Shown here: positions 41,531 to 51,381 of the stretch, one piece after another | Layout: each line of letters begins with the position of its first letter | Numbering within the stretch: the first letter of the stretch is position 1 | Origin: Candidatus Gottesmanbacteria bacterium GW2011_GWA2_43_14 | GTDB taxonomy: Bacteria > Patescibacteriota > Microgenomatia > 2-02-FULL-39-11 | Assembly (NCBI GenBank): GCA_000999095.1 | Contig: LCFP01000001.1 | Location: 138,230 to 202,229, forward strand | Direction of reading: 5' to 3' | DNA: 64,000 bases | Notes under the pieces: generated by a model | The model's input: the letters and a program-made list of their open reading frames with translations, nothing else | What the model was told of the DNA's origin: nothing | The model's database searches: none | Program-made: the position numbers and the translations under genes

Positions 41531-42367
41531 TTATTTCCGGTAAAGCTTTATCGCCTCGTAAAAACCGTAAAAGAAAGACCGGTCGCCTGAAAACAAAGCT
41601 TTTAAAAAATAATAGGGAAGCCAGACGGCATGTCTTGCCAGATAACCGCCCTGATTCAGATTCTTCCAGACGAAATAAAACTGGTTGCGGTAGGCAATCA
41701 TTTTGATTTTATCAGGCGTAAAGAAGCTGCGGATGGCTCCTTCGCCTTGCCGGTGGACCACTCTACTTCGCGGTTCAAAGAAAATCCGGTAGCCCGCCTT
41801 AACCGCCCGCCATGAGAGATCAACATCTTCCCAATAAAAAGGATCGTATTTTTCATCCAGTCCACCCAGCTTTTGCCAGATATTCCTGCGGTACAGACCA
41901 GCCCCGCCCGATACCCAGAGTGTATCTTTTTTATCCGTTCCTCCCCTGCGGTGCAGCAGAAAACCTCTTTTAAACCCGCCTGTAGCCCTTCCCCGCCCGA
42001 CTGTCCCCTCTTTCTCCTGACTCTCCTGAAGCATACCGACGGCGAAGACTGAGGGATCATTGAAATAAGGCAGGAGCGGCCCCAGCAGATTTTTCCTGGG
42101 GTATACATCCGAATTTAAAAGAAGCAACAGTTCCCCCTGTGCCGACTTAACTCCCAGATTGACGCTTGAGGCAAAACCCATGTTTTGCTTTCTGGAAATA
42201 ACTTTTATTTGAGGATAATTTTTACTTAAGAAATCCGCGCTTCCGTCTGTCGAAGCATCATCTACAATAATCACTTCAGCATCTATTAATTCTTTCAGTA
42301 CTTGCGGCAGATTCTTCTCGAGCAGTTTTCTTCCGTTAAAATTGGGGATGATGACGGATATTTTCAT
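41531..42367 (-). CDS. GT2 glycosyltransferase, WbbL/rhamnosyltransferase-like (ORF track start 42379)
   Basis: IIPNFN, NMGFA, LLNSD, GGLDE, YWEDVDLSWR. Confidence 0.88.
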   Translation of the reverse strand: MKISVIIPNFNGRKLLEKNLPQVLKELIDAEVIIVDDASTDGSADFLSKNYPQIKVISRKQNMGFASSVNLGVKSAQGELLLLLNSDVYPRKNLLGPLLPYFNDPSVFAVGMLQESQEKEGTVGRGRATGGFKRGFLLHRRGGTDKKDTLWVSGGAGLYRRNIWQKLGGLDEKYDPFYWEDVDLSWRAVKAGYRIFFEPRSRVVHRQGEGAIRSFFTPDKIKMIAYRNQFYFVWKNLNQGGYLARHAVWLPYYFLKALFSGDRSFFYGFYEAIKLYRK

Positions 42368-44640
42368 AATAACTTCCACTCAACCTGTATTTCATGATTT
42401 CCGGGAGGAACAATAATACCGGTCAAAGACAAATCTACGCGGTGGACTTTTACGGGTAGGGTATCGACTGTGGCTTTCATAAATGGATTATGAATTTCGC
42501 TTAATACCAGAAGCCTGGACTGATTTGCAGCTGTTTTAATTTTTATCAGGTTGGGTAAATAGGCTGTTATCTGGGCAGACTCGTTATCTGCCAAAGGGCT
42601 CTCGGCGAGACCCAAATCACCTTCACTGACGGCTGTTAAACGCAAATTGACGCCTAAGTCATACATTTCTTCAATTGCTTCCTGCGCGTTATTAACCACT
42701 ACCTGCCGGTTGACCAAAAATGCTCTTGGGAAAAAGTCCTGCCGCCGGTATAGAAAAGTCTCGCCTTCATTTATGATAAAGCTGTAATTCGGATTATCCA
42801 GAATCCCGTAACTTAAAATATATTTTACATTCAAAAGGTCCGCCAAAAATGAATCTGATGCCTGGGGAGTGACAATCCGGTTGAAAGCCGAAGGGGAGAT
42901 ATCCGGTTTTTGCCTATCCCAGGCTGCCGCATATAGGGCGAAATTGGTCAAATACAGAGGGTCATAACCGGAAACGTCGTAAAGTCCGTGGACAACGGAA
43001 AAATTGGGCGGAAGAATACGGCGGTCCAATGACATTATGCGGAATAATGACCTGTCAGACTTCAGCTCTTTGATAATCCGAGATTCCGGGTAAAGATAAC
43101 CCGGCTCGGAAAAAGAGGTAAATTTCCAGCCGAAACGCAACAAATCAGTTATTATCAAAACAACGAACAACCATAAAAAAATTTTCCGGACATATTCAGT
43201 TTTTAAAAATATAAAAAGTACTAAAAAGATATAAACCAACATAAAGACTGACGTCGGCCAGATCAGATTCCTTAAACTGATTTGGTTTGGTGGAGGTAAT
43301 TGACCGCTGGTGATTGCCGGAACCAGAACAAGTAACCAAGTGGCAAAAAACAGAACAGCCATTCCGTTGAGGATGAATAAAAGCGGCCGGCCGGAAACAG
43401 ACAACGCCCTATGCCTGCCCGAAACAGTTCCATGCAAACGTTGGAAAGCCAAAGCTGCCAGAACTGACAGTGATAAATCCAGCAAAAAAAGCAAACGGGT
43501 CGGCTGGCTGGAAGACAGGAAAGGAATATTCAAATTTCTGATTAAGGCTGCCGCAGGAGTCGGCAGGGCAAAAAGCAGGCAAATTAAACTGACAGCCGCA
43601 AAAAATCTGACGGTCGCATCTTTTAATAACAAGATGGAAGAAATTGCCAGAACCAGGCCTCCTACGCCGATGAATCCGATAAATTCCCCGTAATTCCAGA
43701 CGCCGAAATAGTTGCCGGTAGCCGGGTTGCCGAAAAAATCAGGCACCAGAAATTGAATGAGGTTCTGCCAGGGCAGAAAAAAGCCTTCACTCAGTTGTGA
43801 CTGATCGGCCGTCCTGTAGCTGTTGAGGATAAAATTCAGTGTAGGCAATGCCTGCGGCAGGCTCAATAAAATAAATATTCCAAAGGATAAAACCGCCTTT
43901 TTAACATGTTTTGACCTGCTTTTTTCCATTCTTATCAGCCGGTAAGACAAATATGAAACAACCAGGATAAAACCGTAGATGAAAACCTGCAGGTGTCCGG
44001 CCAAAAAAGATGAAAGCAGGCAAGCACTTAAAACCAACGGCCATTTCCGGCCTTTATCTGTCGTTAGTTTATCCGCTGCCAATAGAGCCAGCGGCACCCA
44101 GGCGGCAGCGTGAAGAAGCGTATTCCATTCAAGCCAGGCTATGGCAAAACCGCCGTAAGCATAAATTACCCCTCCGATAAAGGCTGCGGGAGAATCCAGC
44201 TTAAGATTCCTCAAAAAAAGATACATGGCCATACCGGCCATTAAGGTAGACAAAACAATTTGCCAGGACCAGGCCAGACTGAAAGGCAAAAAAAGGTACA
44301 AAATATTCAAAGGATAAAAAACCGCACTTTGGAAATTAGCCAAAAGCGGCGTACCGGCAAAGGAGTACGGATTCCAAACAGGCAAAAGTCCCTGTTTCAA
44401 CTGATCCACTGCCAATTTTCTCCAGACATACTGCTGCCTTACCGGATCCGTAATCAGAAAATTCCTGAAAGGGATGCCGGACGGGTAATCTGCTGAAAAC
44501 AAATCCCTGTAAGGATGGTAAAGTCCGACAATGGTATCAGCGGGGATCGGTAATTTACCGAGGAAAAAAAATTGCCGGTAAAAAATGACGGCCGTAAATA
44601 TCTGCAGCAGGATAAATAAGTTATTTCTGAAGAATTTCAT
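42364..44640 (-). CDS. YfhO-family GT-C membrane glycosyltransferase
   Basis: DPVRQQYVW, LPVWNPYSFAGTPLLAN..SAVFYP, AGHLQ, SGYDPL, FPRAF. Confidence 0.85.
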   Translation of the reverse strand: MKFFRNNLFILLQIFTAVIFYRQFFFLGKLPIPADTIVGLYHPYRDLFSADYPSGIPFRNFLITDPVRQQYVWRKLAVDQLKQGLLPVWNPYSFAGTPLLANFQSAVFYPLNILYLFLPFSLAWSWQIVLSTLMAGMAMYLFLRNLKLDSPAAFIGGVIYAYGGFAIAWLEWNTLLHAAAWVPLALLAADKLTTDKGRKWPLVLSACLLSSFLAGHLQVFIYGFILVVSYLSYRLIRMEKSRSKHVKKAVLSFGIFILLSLPQALPTLNFILNSYRTADQSQLSEGFFLPWQNLIQFLVPDFFGNPATGNYFGVWNYGEFIGFIGVGGLVLAISSILLLKDATVRFFAAVSLICLLFALPTPAAALIRNLNIPFLSSSQPTRLLFLLDLSLSVLAALAFQRLHGTVSGRHRALSVSGRPLLFILNGMAVLFFATWLLVLVPAITSGQLPPPNQISLRNLIWPTSVFMLVYIFLVLFIFLKTEYVRKIFLWLFVVLIITDLLRFGWKFTSFSEPGYLYPESRIIKELKSDRSLFRIMSLDRRILPPNFSVVHGLYDVSGYDPLYLTNFALYAAAWDRQKPDISPSAFNRIVTPQASDSFLADLLNVKYILSYGILDNPNYSFIINEGETFLYRRQDFFPRAFLVNRQVVVNNAQEAIEEMYDLGVNLRLTAVSEGDLGLAESPLADNESAQITAYLPNLIKIKTAANQSRLLVLSEIHNPFMKATVDTLPVKVHRVDLSLTGIIVPPGNHEIQVEWKLL

Positions 44641-45688
44641 CTACCTTCTCCCGCAAATGTTTCAGGGAATACAGATCAGCTTTGATGACAGCTTCCGCAG
44701 CAAGCCTTCCACGTTCATTTTCATCTGCCGCAATTTGGGCCGTTCTTTCCAACAAAGATTCTTCATCATCCCAAAAAATCCCGTTGATGCCGTTGTTGAT
44801 AATATCCAGTTGTCCTCCTGCCCTGAAAACGACGGGAACGGCTCCGGAGGCCATGGCTTCCAATGTAGTTATGCCGAAATGCTCTGCTTTTTCCGGATAT
44901 TTGATAAGGTTTTGCCCGAAACCTGCCGCATGCCAGTATATTTTAGCCTGGGAATAAAGTCTGCACAGATCGCTAAAGGCTAAATTGCTGTATACGGATA
45001 CCGGCTTGCCTATTATTTTGGCACGGAGTTTCTCCAAATACTTGATTCCGCTGTTTTCGCTGACGTTGCCAACCAGTATCAGCTGCCAACCCGGAAAATA
45101 ATCCTGATGGTATCGGCTGAAAAAATCTATCAAAAATTCCTGGTTTTTCTGGTGCAAATCTGAAGAAAAATAACGGCCGACATTCAGGATTATATTCTTT
45201 TTTTTCTTTTCATCATAAGAAAACATGTCGGTATTTACCGCCGGCGACAGTATTTTAACTTTAATTTTCAGTCTTTCCTCAATAATGCCTTTCATGAAAT
45301 CCGAATAACAGACTGTCTGCCAATTGAAAAGTTTCAGGTGGTTAAAAATGGAATCAGCCGGAATATGTTTGGGTGACTGGATAATTAAAATGTTTTTGCG
45401 GGCAAAGGGGAAAAAAAGGCTGCCGTCAGTGGTATGGAAAAATAAGTCGAAGCGTTTCATAAGACGGAACCTTTTAGCGGCATCCCCCTTCATCAGCTCC
45501 GGATCTAGAAATTCACCCCTTAACTCAATGCCGAAGACTTCCCGGGCTTTTTTTAGAAGATGCCCCTGCCCGATAAAATAAATCCGGTAATTTTCCGAGA
45601 GGGCTTTGGCTATCTGAAAAAGATAACGCTCTCCCCCTCCGGCAATCTGCCAGTACGGGCTGTAAAAAGCGGCCGATTTTTTTTTCAT
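44621..45688 (-). CDS. GT4 glycosyltransferase (ALG11-like group)
   Basis: GGGERY, VGRYF, KIYWHAAG, EHFGITTLEAMASG. Confidence 0.88.
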   Translation of the reverse strand: MKKKSAAFYSPYWQIAGGGERYLFQIAKALSENYRIYFIGQGHLLKKAREVFGIELRGEFLDPELMKGDAAKRFRLMKRFDLFFHTTDGSLFFPFARKNILIIQSPKHIPADSIFNHLKLFNWQTVCYSDFMKGIIEERLKIKVKILSPAVNTDMFSYDEKKKKNIILNVGRYFSSDLHQKNQEFLIDFFSRYHQDYFPGWQLILVGNVSENSGIKYLEKLRAKIIGKPVSVYSNLAFSDLCRLYSQAKIYWHAAGFGQNLIKYPEKAEHFGITTLEAMASGAVPVVFRAGGQLDIINNGINGIFWDDEESLLERTAQIAADENERGRLAAEAVIKADLYSLKHLREKVDEILQK

Positions 45689-45691
45689 ATT

Positions 45692-46432
45692 CTAATTCAC
45701 GGGGCGGTTGTTTTGCTTCTCCCAAAGCTTGGCATAAGTAATGAACATGGAAAATGACTGGTAAAGGCTTTCTATCAAACCGACAGTACCGGCAAGATAT
45801 CCTTTTTCCCGGATATAGGATTTCCAAAAAGCCGAAATCATTACTCTGAAAAACCGCCACCATGAAATCGGCGGGTGGTTGTTCTTGTATCTCAACTGGG
45901 CTTCAAAATCGGACCAGATGTTCGTCTTTTCCAGCATGCCCGTTAAATCCCTATGGGTATCGTGCATCAGTTCCCCGTCCAATCTGCCGATTTTTCCTCT
46001 TACCTGCGCCGTCTCATGAAGACCCCCCTGCCAGCCGACCAAAGCGTCTTTGCGCACCAGACGGACCATGCTTTCCCGGTTAGGCCAGAGGCGGCCGAAA
46101 TAATAATTTTTTCGGTCAACAGCAAAAGCTGCATAACCGGATTTGACCGCAGACCTTATGCTGGCTTTAAGTTGGGACGAAATCCATTCGTCCGCATCAA
46201 CGTAAAGCAGCCAATCTCCTTTGGCTTTTTCTCTGCCGATGTTTCTTAAATAAGCAAAATCAAGGCCGGATACGGAAAAAACCCTGGCTCCTTTTTTTTC
46301 GGCAAGGTTGCTTGTTTTATCAATGGATAAATTGTCAATTACCACCACTTCATCGCAGAATGAAAGTGAAGCCAGGCAGCGGCTGATTGTTTCGGCTTCA
46401 TTTTTGGCAATTATGACGGCTGATAAAATCAT
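45692..46432 (-). CDS. GT2 beta-1,4-glucosyltransferase-like (WaaE/KdtX group)
   Basis: AKNEA, RNIG, VDADE, LHE, GYLAGTVG. Confidence 0.85.
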   Translation of the reverse strand: MILSAVIIAKNEAETISRCLASLSFCDEVVVIDNLSIDKTSNLAEKKGARVFSVSGLDFAYLRNIGREKAKGDWLLYVDADEWISSQLKASIRSAVKSGYAAFAVDRKNYYFGRLWPNRESMVRLVRKDALVGWQGGLHETAQVRGKIGRLDGELMHDTHRDLTGMLEKTNIWSDFEAQLRYKNNHPPISWWRFFRVMISAFWKSYIREKGYLAGTVGLIESLYQSFSMFITYAKLWEKQNNRPVN

Positions 46433-47325
46433 AAAATTCCCTTACCCATCCGGCCGAAATAATAATCCAAAACTGCCCGTCTCATGATGCCGCCGTGGCC
46501 TGCCAGATGTAGGGAATCGAAAAAGAGCGATTTTTTTGTCCTTAAGGGAGCATAACGGTAACCGATATAAAGTCTGTTTCTGGTCTGAAAGTAAAGGTGG
46601 AGCTTTGAACCGGGACCCTCTGACGACAATGCATTCTTATGCCAAACAACCGCTTCCGGACAATAATATATTTTAAGACCTTTAGATTTTACCCTTAATG
46701 ATAAATCAACATCTTCGTAATAGAGAAAGAAACGCTTGTCGAAATTACCGGCTTTTTTTATAGCCTCAGCCGTTATCAGCATGCAGCAGCCGGTGGCAAA
46801 ATCAGTTTCCTCCGATTTGTCGAATTGCCCCCGGTCAACTTCATCAACACCCCGGTGCGAAGCCTGGACATACGACCAGTTTAAAATTCCGCCGGCATAC
46901 CAAATTACTTTCCCCTGATCTTTTTTGCTGTATTTTTGTGTCCTATATTCGAATCCTTTGGCAAAATAAATTTTAGGAGATACAAGTCCGGCGTTTTTAT
47001 GCCGGCGGGAAAATCCGACCAGCCTGCTGATCAAATTTGTACCTGTCAGGGTATCACTGTTTATGAGAACAATACGGTCAAAATGGTCGTTGAGCGCTTT
47101 TTTTATACCCAAATTGCAGCCCTCGGCAAATCCGGTATTTTTCCCCGGCAATATTAAAGTTGATGACGGATACTTCCAGACAACGGAAGACATATCATCT
47201 GTACCATTGTTGACAAGATAAACGGAAAACTCTGATTTCTTCTCCATTTTGAAAAGCGAATTCAGGCAGTCAAAGGTAGACTGTTTGCCCCGGTAATGGA
47301 TGATGACGACGGCGGCTCTATGCAT
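46429..47325 (-). CDS. GT2 glycosyltransferase
   Basis: NTGFAEGCN, INSD, ATGCCML, YYEDVD, YFQTRNR. Confidence 0.88.
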   Translation of the reverse strand: MHRAAVVIIHYRGKQSTFDCLNSLFKMEKKSEFSVYLVNNGTDDMSSVVWKYPSSTLILPGKNTGFAEGCNLGIKKALNDHFDRIVLINSDTLTGTNLISRLVGFSRRHKNAGLVSPKIYFAKGFEYRTQKYSKKDQGKVIWYAGGILNWSYVQASHRGVDEVDRGQFDKSEETDFATGCCMLITAEAIKKAGNFDKRFFLYYEDVDLSLRVKSKGLKIYYCPEAVVWHKNALSSEGPGSKLHLYFQTRNRLYIGYRYAPLRTKKSLFFDSLHLAGHGGIMRRAVLDYYFGRMGKGIL

Positions 47326-48229
47326 AGCTGGCGACTTTGCGCATGAAGCGGTAAATCAACTCCCTTAAAATACCCGGTTTTTTCTTTAAAAGTTCATTGT
47401 AGAGCCAATATTTTCTGAGGCGGCTTTCTTTGTCCGCCAGCTTAGCGAAAGAGTCCAAATTGACTGCTTCCTGCTGAAAATTTGACAATTCCCACAGCTT
47501 CAAGGCAACCACTGTTTCAGAGAGTGCCTGCAGCAGAGACAGGGATAAACCATGCAGACCGTCCCGGTAACCCTCATACAGAAAAAAGCGCCTGACAAAT
47601 TCGTTGGCCGGATTTAGCATGAGCATATCGAGGGAAAATTTACGGTTTGAAAGATACATTTCCTTGGCCTGAATGGTCGAATAACGGTTCATTCGTTCCA
47701 GGAATTGTTCGACCGTCTGATAATGATAATGAATCAGGGCGGATTCTTCCTGTTGCGGCAACTCCCTGCCTTCGCCTGTGGTTATGGGTACACCGTGAAG
47801 TTTATCAATCCAGGATATGGTGCCTTTTCTGAAAAAACGGATCTGATAATCCGGCCACCAACCGGCATGTTTAATCCATTTTCCGAAAACCAGATTCTTG
47901 CGGGGAATTCTGTAAAAATTGACGGCTGATTCATTCTTACCGGCTATTTCCGCAAGAAGTAAAGACAAAGGGCGCGGCACTTCCTCATCGGCATCGGCAA
48001 CTAATATCCAATCCCCGCGGGCTTTATTCAATGCAAAATTGCGTGCCGGTTCGACAAAACCGGTATAGGGATGGTGGTACACCCTGGCCCCTGTCTCCTT
48101 AACCCTGGCAACTGTGCCGTCCTTTGATCCCATGTCGACCACAATAATTTCATCGGCAAATGAAAGGGAAGAAAGGCAGCGGGTGATGTTGTTCTCTTCA
48201 TTTAAAGTGTGAACAACGGCTGAAATCAT
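47318..48229 (-). CDS. GT2 beta-1,4-glucosyltransferase-like (WaaE/KdtX group)
   Basis: TLNEE, ARNFA, ADADE, WWPDYQIRFF, GYRDGLHG. Confidence 0.85.
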   Translation of the reverse strand: MISAVVHTLNEENNITRCLSSLSFADEIIVVDMGSKDGTVARVKETGARVYHHPYTGFVEPARNFALNKARGDWILVADADEEVPRPLSLLLAEIAGKNESAVNFYRIPRKNLVFGKWIKHAGWWPDYQIRFFRKGTISWIDKLHGVPITTGEGRELPQQEESALIHYHYQTVEQFLERMNRYSTIQAKEMYLSNRKFSLDMLMLNPANEFVRRFFLYEGYRDGLHGLSLSLLQALSETVVALKLWELSNFQQEAVNLDSFAKLADKESRLRKYWLYNELLKKKPGILRELIYRFMRKVASYA

Positions 48230-49899
48230 ATCCTTCTGATAATTTTACACTTACTTGCTCCGTTCAACAAATCCTGATGGAAAAAAACACCTATCTTCGA
48301 TAGCGGAAAGCTTTTAAATTTTGCCAGGGTTTGGTACGGAAAGCTGAATAATCCGAAAAAGGGAGCGGATGATTTAAACCCTAAAAGTTTCTCTGGCGGC
48401 AGGTAAAGGCCGGCAAAATGACTCCCCTCGATTTTCGAATAAACCAATAAAGGTCTTACGGATGATTTCTTCCAGGTGTAGTAATCCAACAACAGGCGAT
48501 TGAAATAGCCCGTCCAAAAAGGCTGTTTATCCTCAAATTTCACAATCAACCTGCCGTTGTTCCTGATTCCGAACCTATCCAGGGTCAACCTGCCGGAGTT
48601 TTCCTTCTGCTGATAATCCAAATTAAATATATCTCCCTGCCTCTTAACGGAGGTAAAGATTATATCTTCAGCTATCAAAAGGGAATTATTGTCTGAAAGG
48701 TCATCCAGGCATGACGGCAGATATCGTTCCAATCGGGGTTCTCTGTCCGCGGTCAGCAGATCATTAAAAAAGAATGGCTGATATACTTTCAGGTCGCGAA
48801 TTTTTAAGACACCCTCTGAAAGCTCAAGATAAGCGCGGTATGCGGAAAAGTTAAACCACCAGCCGGCTGTTTTTTTCCCTTCGCGATCCAGTCCGTAAAC
48901 CACACTGGCAGGCTGATTTTCCCGGGAAAGACCTTTAAAAATCCCGGCGAATTGACGCATGGTGCTGAGTCTTATTTCTCCTTTGTCCCGGCGAAGCCGG
49001 AGCTCCGCAATTTGCCTGACGAATTCATCCAGGAATTCCCAACCTTCCTGTCCTGCCTCGAGCCCGACTGTTACCTGGTTTATCGGATTCAACTTGTCAA
49101 AATAGCTGTCCAAAAGAATCCGGAAATATGAAATAGATAAATTATGATGGTTTATATAATCATTTGCCTGAAAGCTGTATGTTGAGTCTCCGACAGTCAG
49201 GCCGTATCCTTTTATCGGGTCCCTGGCTGCCCATTGTATGGCGACCGGACCTGCCTTGTCTGTCCCGGCGGGAATTAACGGATTGTGTAAGGAGGAAATG
49301 TAAGGAATTCCCCAGGGTTTACCCCAAAGTCCGTATGTATCGGTCACATACTGGTCGGCAACCCCCAGAATCGCTGCCAAAGAATATTTGTTCTGAAGAT
49401 AATTGACGGTCACCGCATCCACATACCAGGCCCCTGCAGAAGACGGCAACTCGCCGAAGACTGATTTAAACCGGGTAACAAGACGGTCGGCCATTCTGAT
49501 TCTTTCATCCGGTTGGTAACCGGAAAAGAGAATCTGGTTGGCAGCCGCTTTATCAAAATCACCGAAATGGTATGATACCAGGCTGTCGTTTGCCAACTGC
49601 TGATCAACTTCCAGAAAAAGTCCCATTTCCGGCCTGTTTTTTAAACCATGTAGATAGTTTACAACTTCAGTGTCATTCAGATTGGCATATGTCAGAAGGA
49701 CCGTAGAGGGCAATTTTTCTTTATTGAGGTAATCCAGAATCTGCCTTGGTTTGGCAAAATCCTGCCAATATTCCCTGCCTCGAAAAGGGATTACGATAGT
49801 GGCAAAGTTTTGCGATGCGGCAAAAATATTCCCCGAATAAATCGGAGAAGAAAAAACGACAGTCAGCAGGATAAAAAAGAATAAAAGGATTCTTCTCAT
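48226..49899 (-). CDS. Exported protein with a possible polysaccharide deacetylase/GH57-like barrel
   Basis: Signal-peptide-like N-terminus; LPSTVLL, EMGLFLEV, GYQPDER..FKSVFG, GAWYVD, DQYVTDTYGLWG. Confidence 0.5.
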   Translation of the reverse strand: MRRILLFFFILLTVVFSSPIYSGNIFAASQNFATIVIPFRGREYWQDFAKPRQILDYLNKEKLPSTVLLTYANLNDTEVVNYLHGLKNRPEMGLFLEVDQQLANDSLVSYHFGDFDKAAANQILFSGYQPDERIRMADRLVTRFKSVFGELPSSAGAWYVDAVTVNYLQNKYSLAAILGVADQYVTDTYGLWGKPWGIPYISSLHNPLIPAGTDKAGPVAIQWAARDPIKGYGLTVGDSTYSFQANDYINHHNLSISYFRILLDSYFDKLNPINQVTVGLEAGQEGWEFLDEFVRQIAELRLRRDKGEIRLSTMRQFAGIFKGLSRENQPASVVYGLDREGKKTAGWWFNFSAYRAYLELSEGVLKIRDLKVYQPFFFNDLLTADREPRLERYLPSCLDDLSDNNSLLIAEDIIFTSVKRQGDIFNLDYQQKENSGRLTLDRFGIRNNGRLIVKFEDKQPFWTGYFNRLLLDYYTWKKSSVRPLLVYSKIEGSHFAGLYLPPEKLLGFKSSAPFFGLFSFPYQTLAKFKSFPLSKIGVFFHQDLLNGASKCKIIRRI

Positions 49900-51341
49900 G
49901 CGGAAGATATTAATCGCGGCAGGTATGGTTTAATTTCCCTTTTAAGCCAAATCCAACTTAAAGTCAGATAAATTGCGCCTGAAATTAACAATAAAACAGC
50001 CAGGCTATAAATGTCCTTCGCAAGAGGCAGAGTCGCCAGTGCAAATAGAGCGGAGGCGGCGGTCATTAAAAACGGTTTCAGAATATTGGGCAATATTTTG
50101 AAATTAACTTCTTTTTTAAGCATGGAAACCGGCAGGAAAACAGTTAAAGAAATGGCTACGGAGGCATATGCCCAACCGTTAAAACCGTAAATGCGTGTCA
50201 AAAACGGCACCATAATCCAGGTCATGCCTGTCCAGATAACCATCAGAAACAGTGTTTTTTTTATGCCTCCTAGGGCATTCAGGGCATTTACCAGAGGAGA
50301 GGAAAAAGCAGCCAGAACTGAAGAAGCGCTGAAAAAATAAAAAGCGGTCAGAGCCTCATTCCATTTGGCATACCGGGGGACGATAAACATCAGTGGCCGG
50401 ATGTAAATCGCCAAAAAAACCGAAGCGGGCAGGATAAACAAGGCCAAAAACAACACTGCTTTTTCCAGGGCTTTTTTTAAAAGAATTTTATCGTTCTGGA
50501 TACGGGAAAACGCCGGAAAAGTCACCCTGATAACCGAATCCATTATCAGTCTCAAAGGAGTTTCCGCCCATTTCTTTGCCCAACCCAGGTAACCGACATG
50601 GGCAAAAGGCAGGACTTTACCCAAATACAAAGTTAAGAGGTCGTCCTTGACCAAAGCCAGAAGACTGTTTGTCTGGAATGGCAGGCCGAAAGTGATCAGG
50701 CTTTTTACCGCCCTATAGGAAAAACCCAAGCCGGGCATCCATGGCGATACAAAATAGATACTGACCAAGCCGACCAGACCCCTGAGGACCGCAGCCCAGG
50801 CAAAACTGGCTACTCCCATCCCCAAATAAGCCAATATGACCGCAGTCAGGTAAAAGGCAAGAGTTTCCAGGATTTGAGGTATAACCAGCCTGGAAAATTC
50901 CAGCTTCCTTTCCAGAAGTATTGAAGGTATGGTTTTTAAGGAAGAAAGGAAAAATGAAATTAAGAGGGCATTCAGTAAAAAAATCCCTTCATGGGAAAGC
51001 CTGTAAAATAAACTGATATAAGGCACCAGAAAATAGGCTGCCGCCAGAAGAGTGATGACAATTGCCTGCTGCAGGGTAAAAACGGAAACCAATTCGACTC
51101 TGCCCGGTTCCTCTTTTTTCTGGATCAGAGCTGCAGCCAACCCGATATCTGAAAAATAAGTTAAAAAGGAAATGACTGCCGAAACCACAAAAAAAACCCC
51201 GAAAACAGCCGGGGACAACAGTATGGTTAAGATGAAGGTAGCGGTGAAAGTAATTATCTGCAGCAGCATCGTCCTGCCGGTCATGGCCATGACACCTCTG
51301 ACTATTTTGCCCTTGATCACTGCACTGCCTGCCGAATCCAT
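49896..51341 (-). CDS. wzx: Wzx-type oligosaccharide flippase (MOP/PST family)
   Basis: LLSPAVFG, FSDIGLAAALIQ, LLERKLEF, RVTFPAFSRIQ; polytopic. Confidence 0.85.
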   Translation of the reverse strand: MDSAGSAVIKGKIVRGVMAMTGRTMLLQIITFTATFILTILLSPAVFGVFFVVSAVISFLTYFSDIGLAAALIQKKEEPGRVELVSVFTLQQAIVITLLAAAYFLVPYISLFYRLSHEGIFLLNALLISFFLSSLKTIPSILLERKLEFSRLVIPQILETLAFYLTAVILAYLGMGVASFAWAAVLRGLVGLVSIYFVSPWMPGLGFSYRAVKSLITFGLPFQTNSLLALVKDDLLTLYLGKVLPFAHVGYLGWAKKWAETPLRLIMDSVIRVTFPAFSRIQNDKILLKKALEKAVLFLALFILPASVFLAIYIRPLMFIVPRYAKWNEALTAFYFFSASSVLAAFSSPLVNALNALGGIKKTLFLMVIWTGMTWIMVPFLTRIYGFNGWAYASVAISLTVFLPVSMLKKEVNFKILPNILKPFLMTAASALFALATLPLAKDIYSLAVLLLISGAIYLTLSWIWLKREIKPYLPRLISSA

Positions 51342-51347
51342 GTAGGT

Positions 51348-51353
51348 ATTATA
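51348..51353 (-). promoter_or_regulatory. Leaderless -10 box (TATAAT) upstream of wzx
   Basis: TATAAT-ACCTAC-ATG. Confidence 0.6.
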
Positions 51354-51381
51354 TTACATAAGGGGAGCTTCTTTTCCGGGT

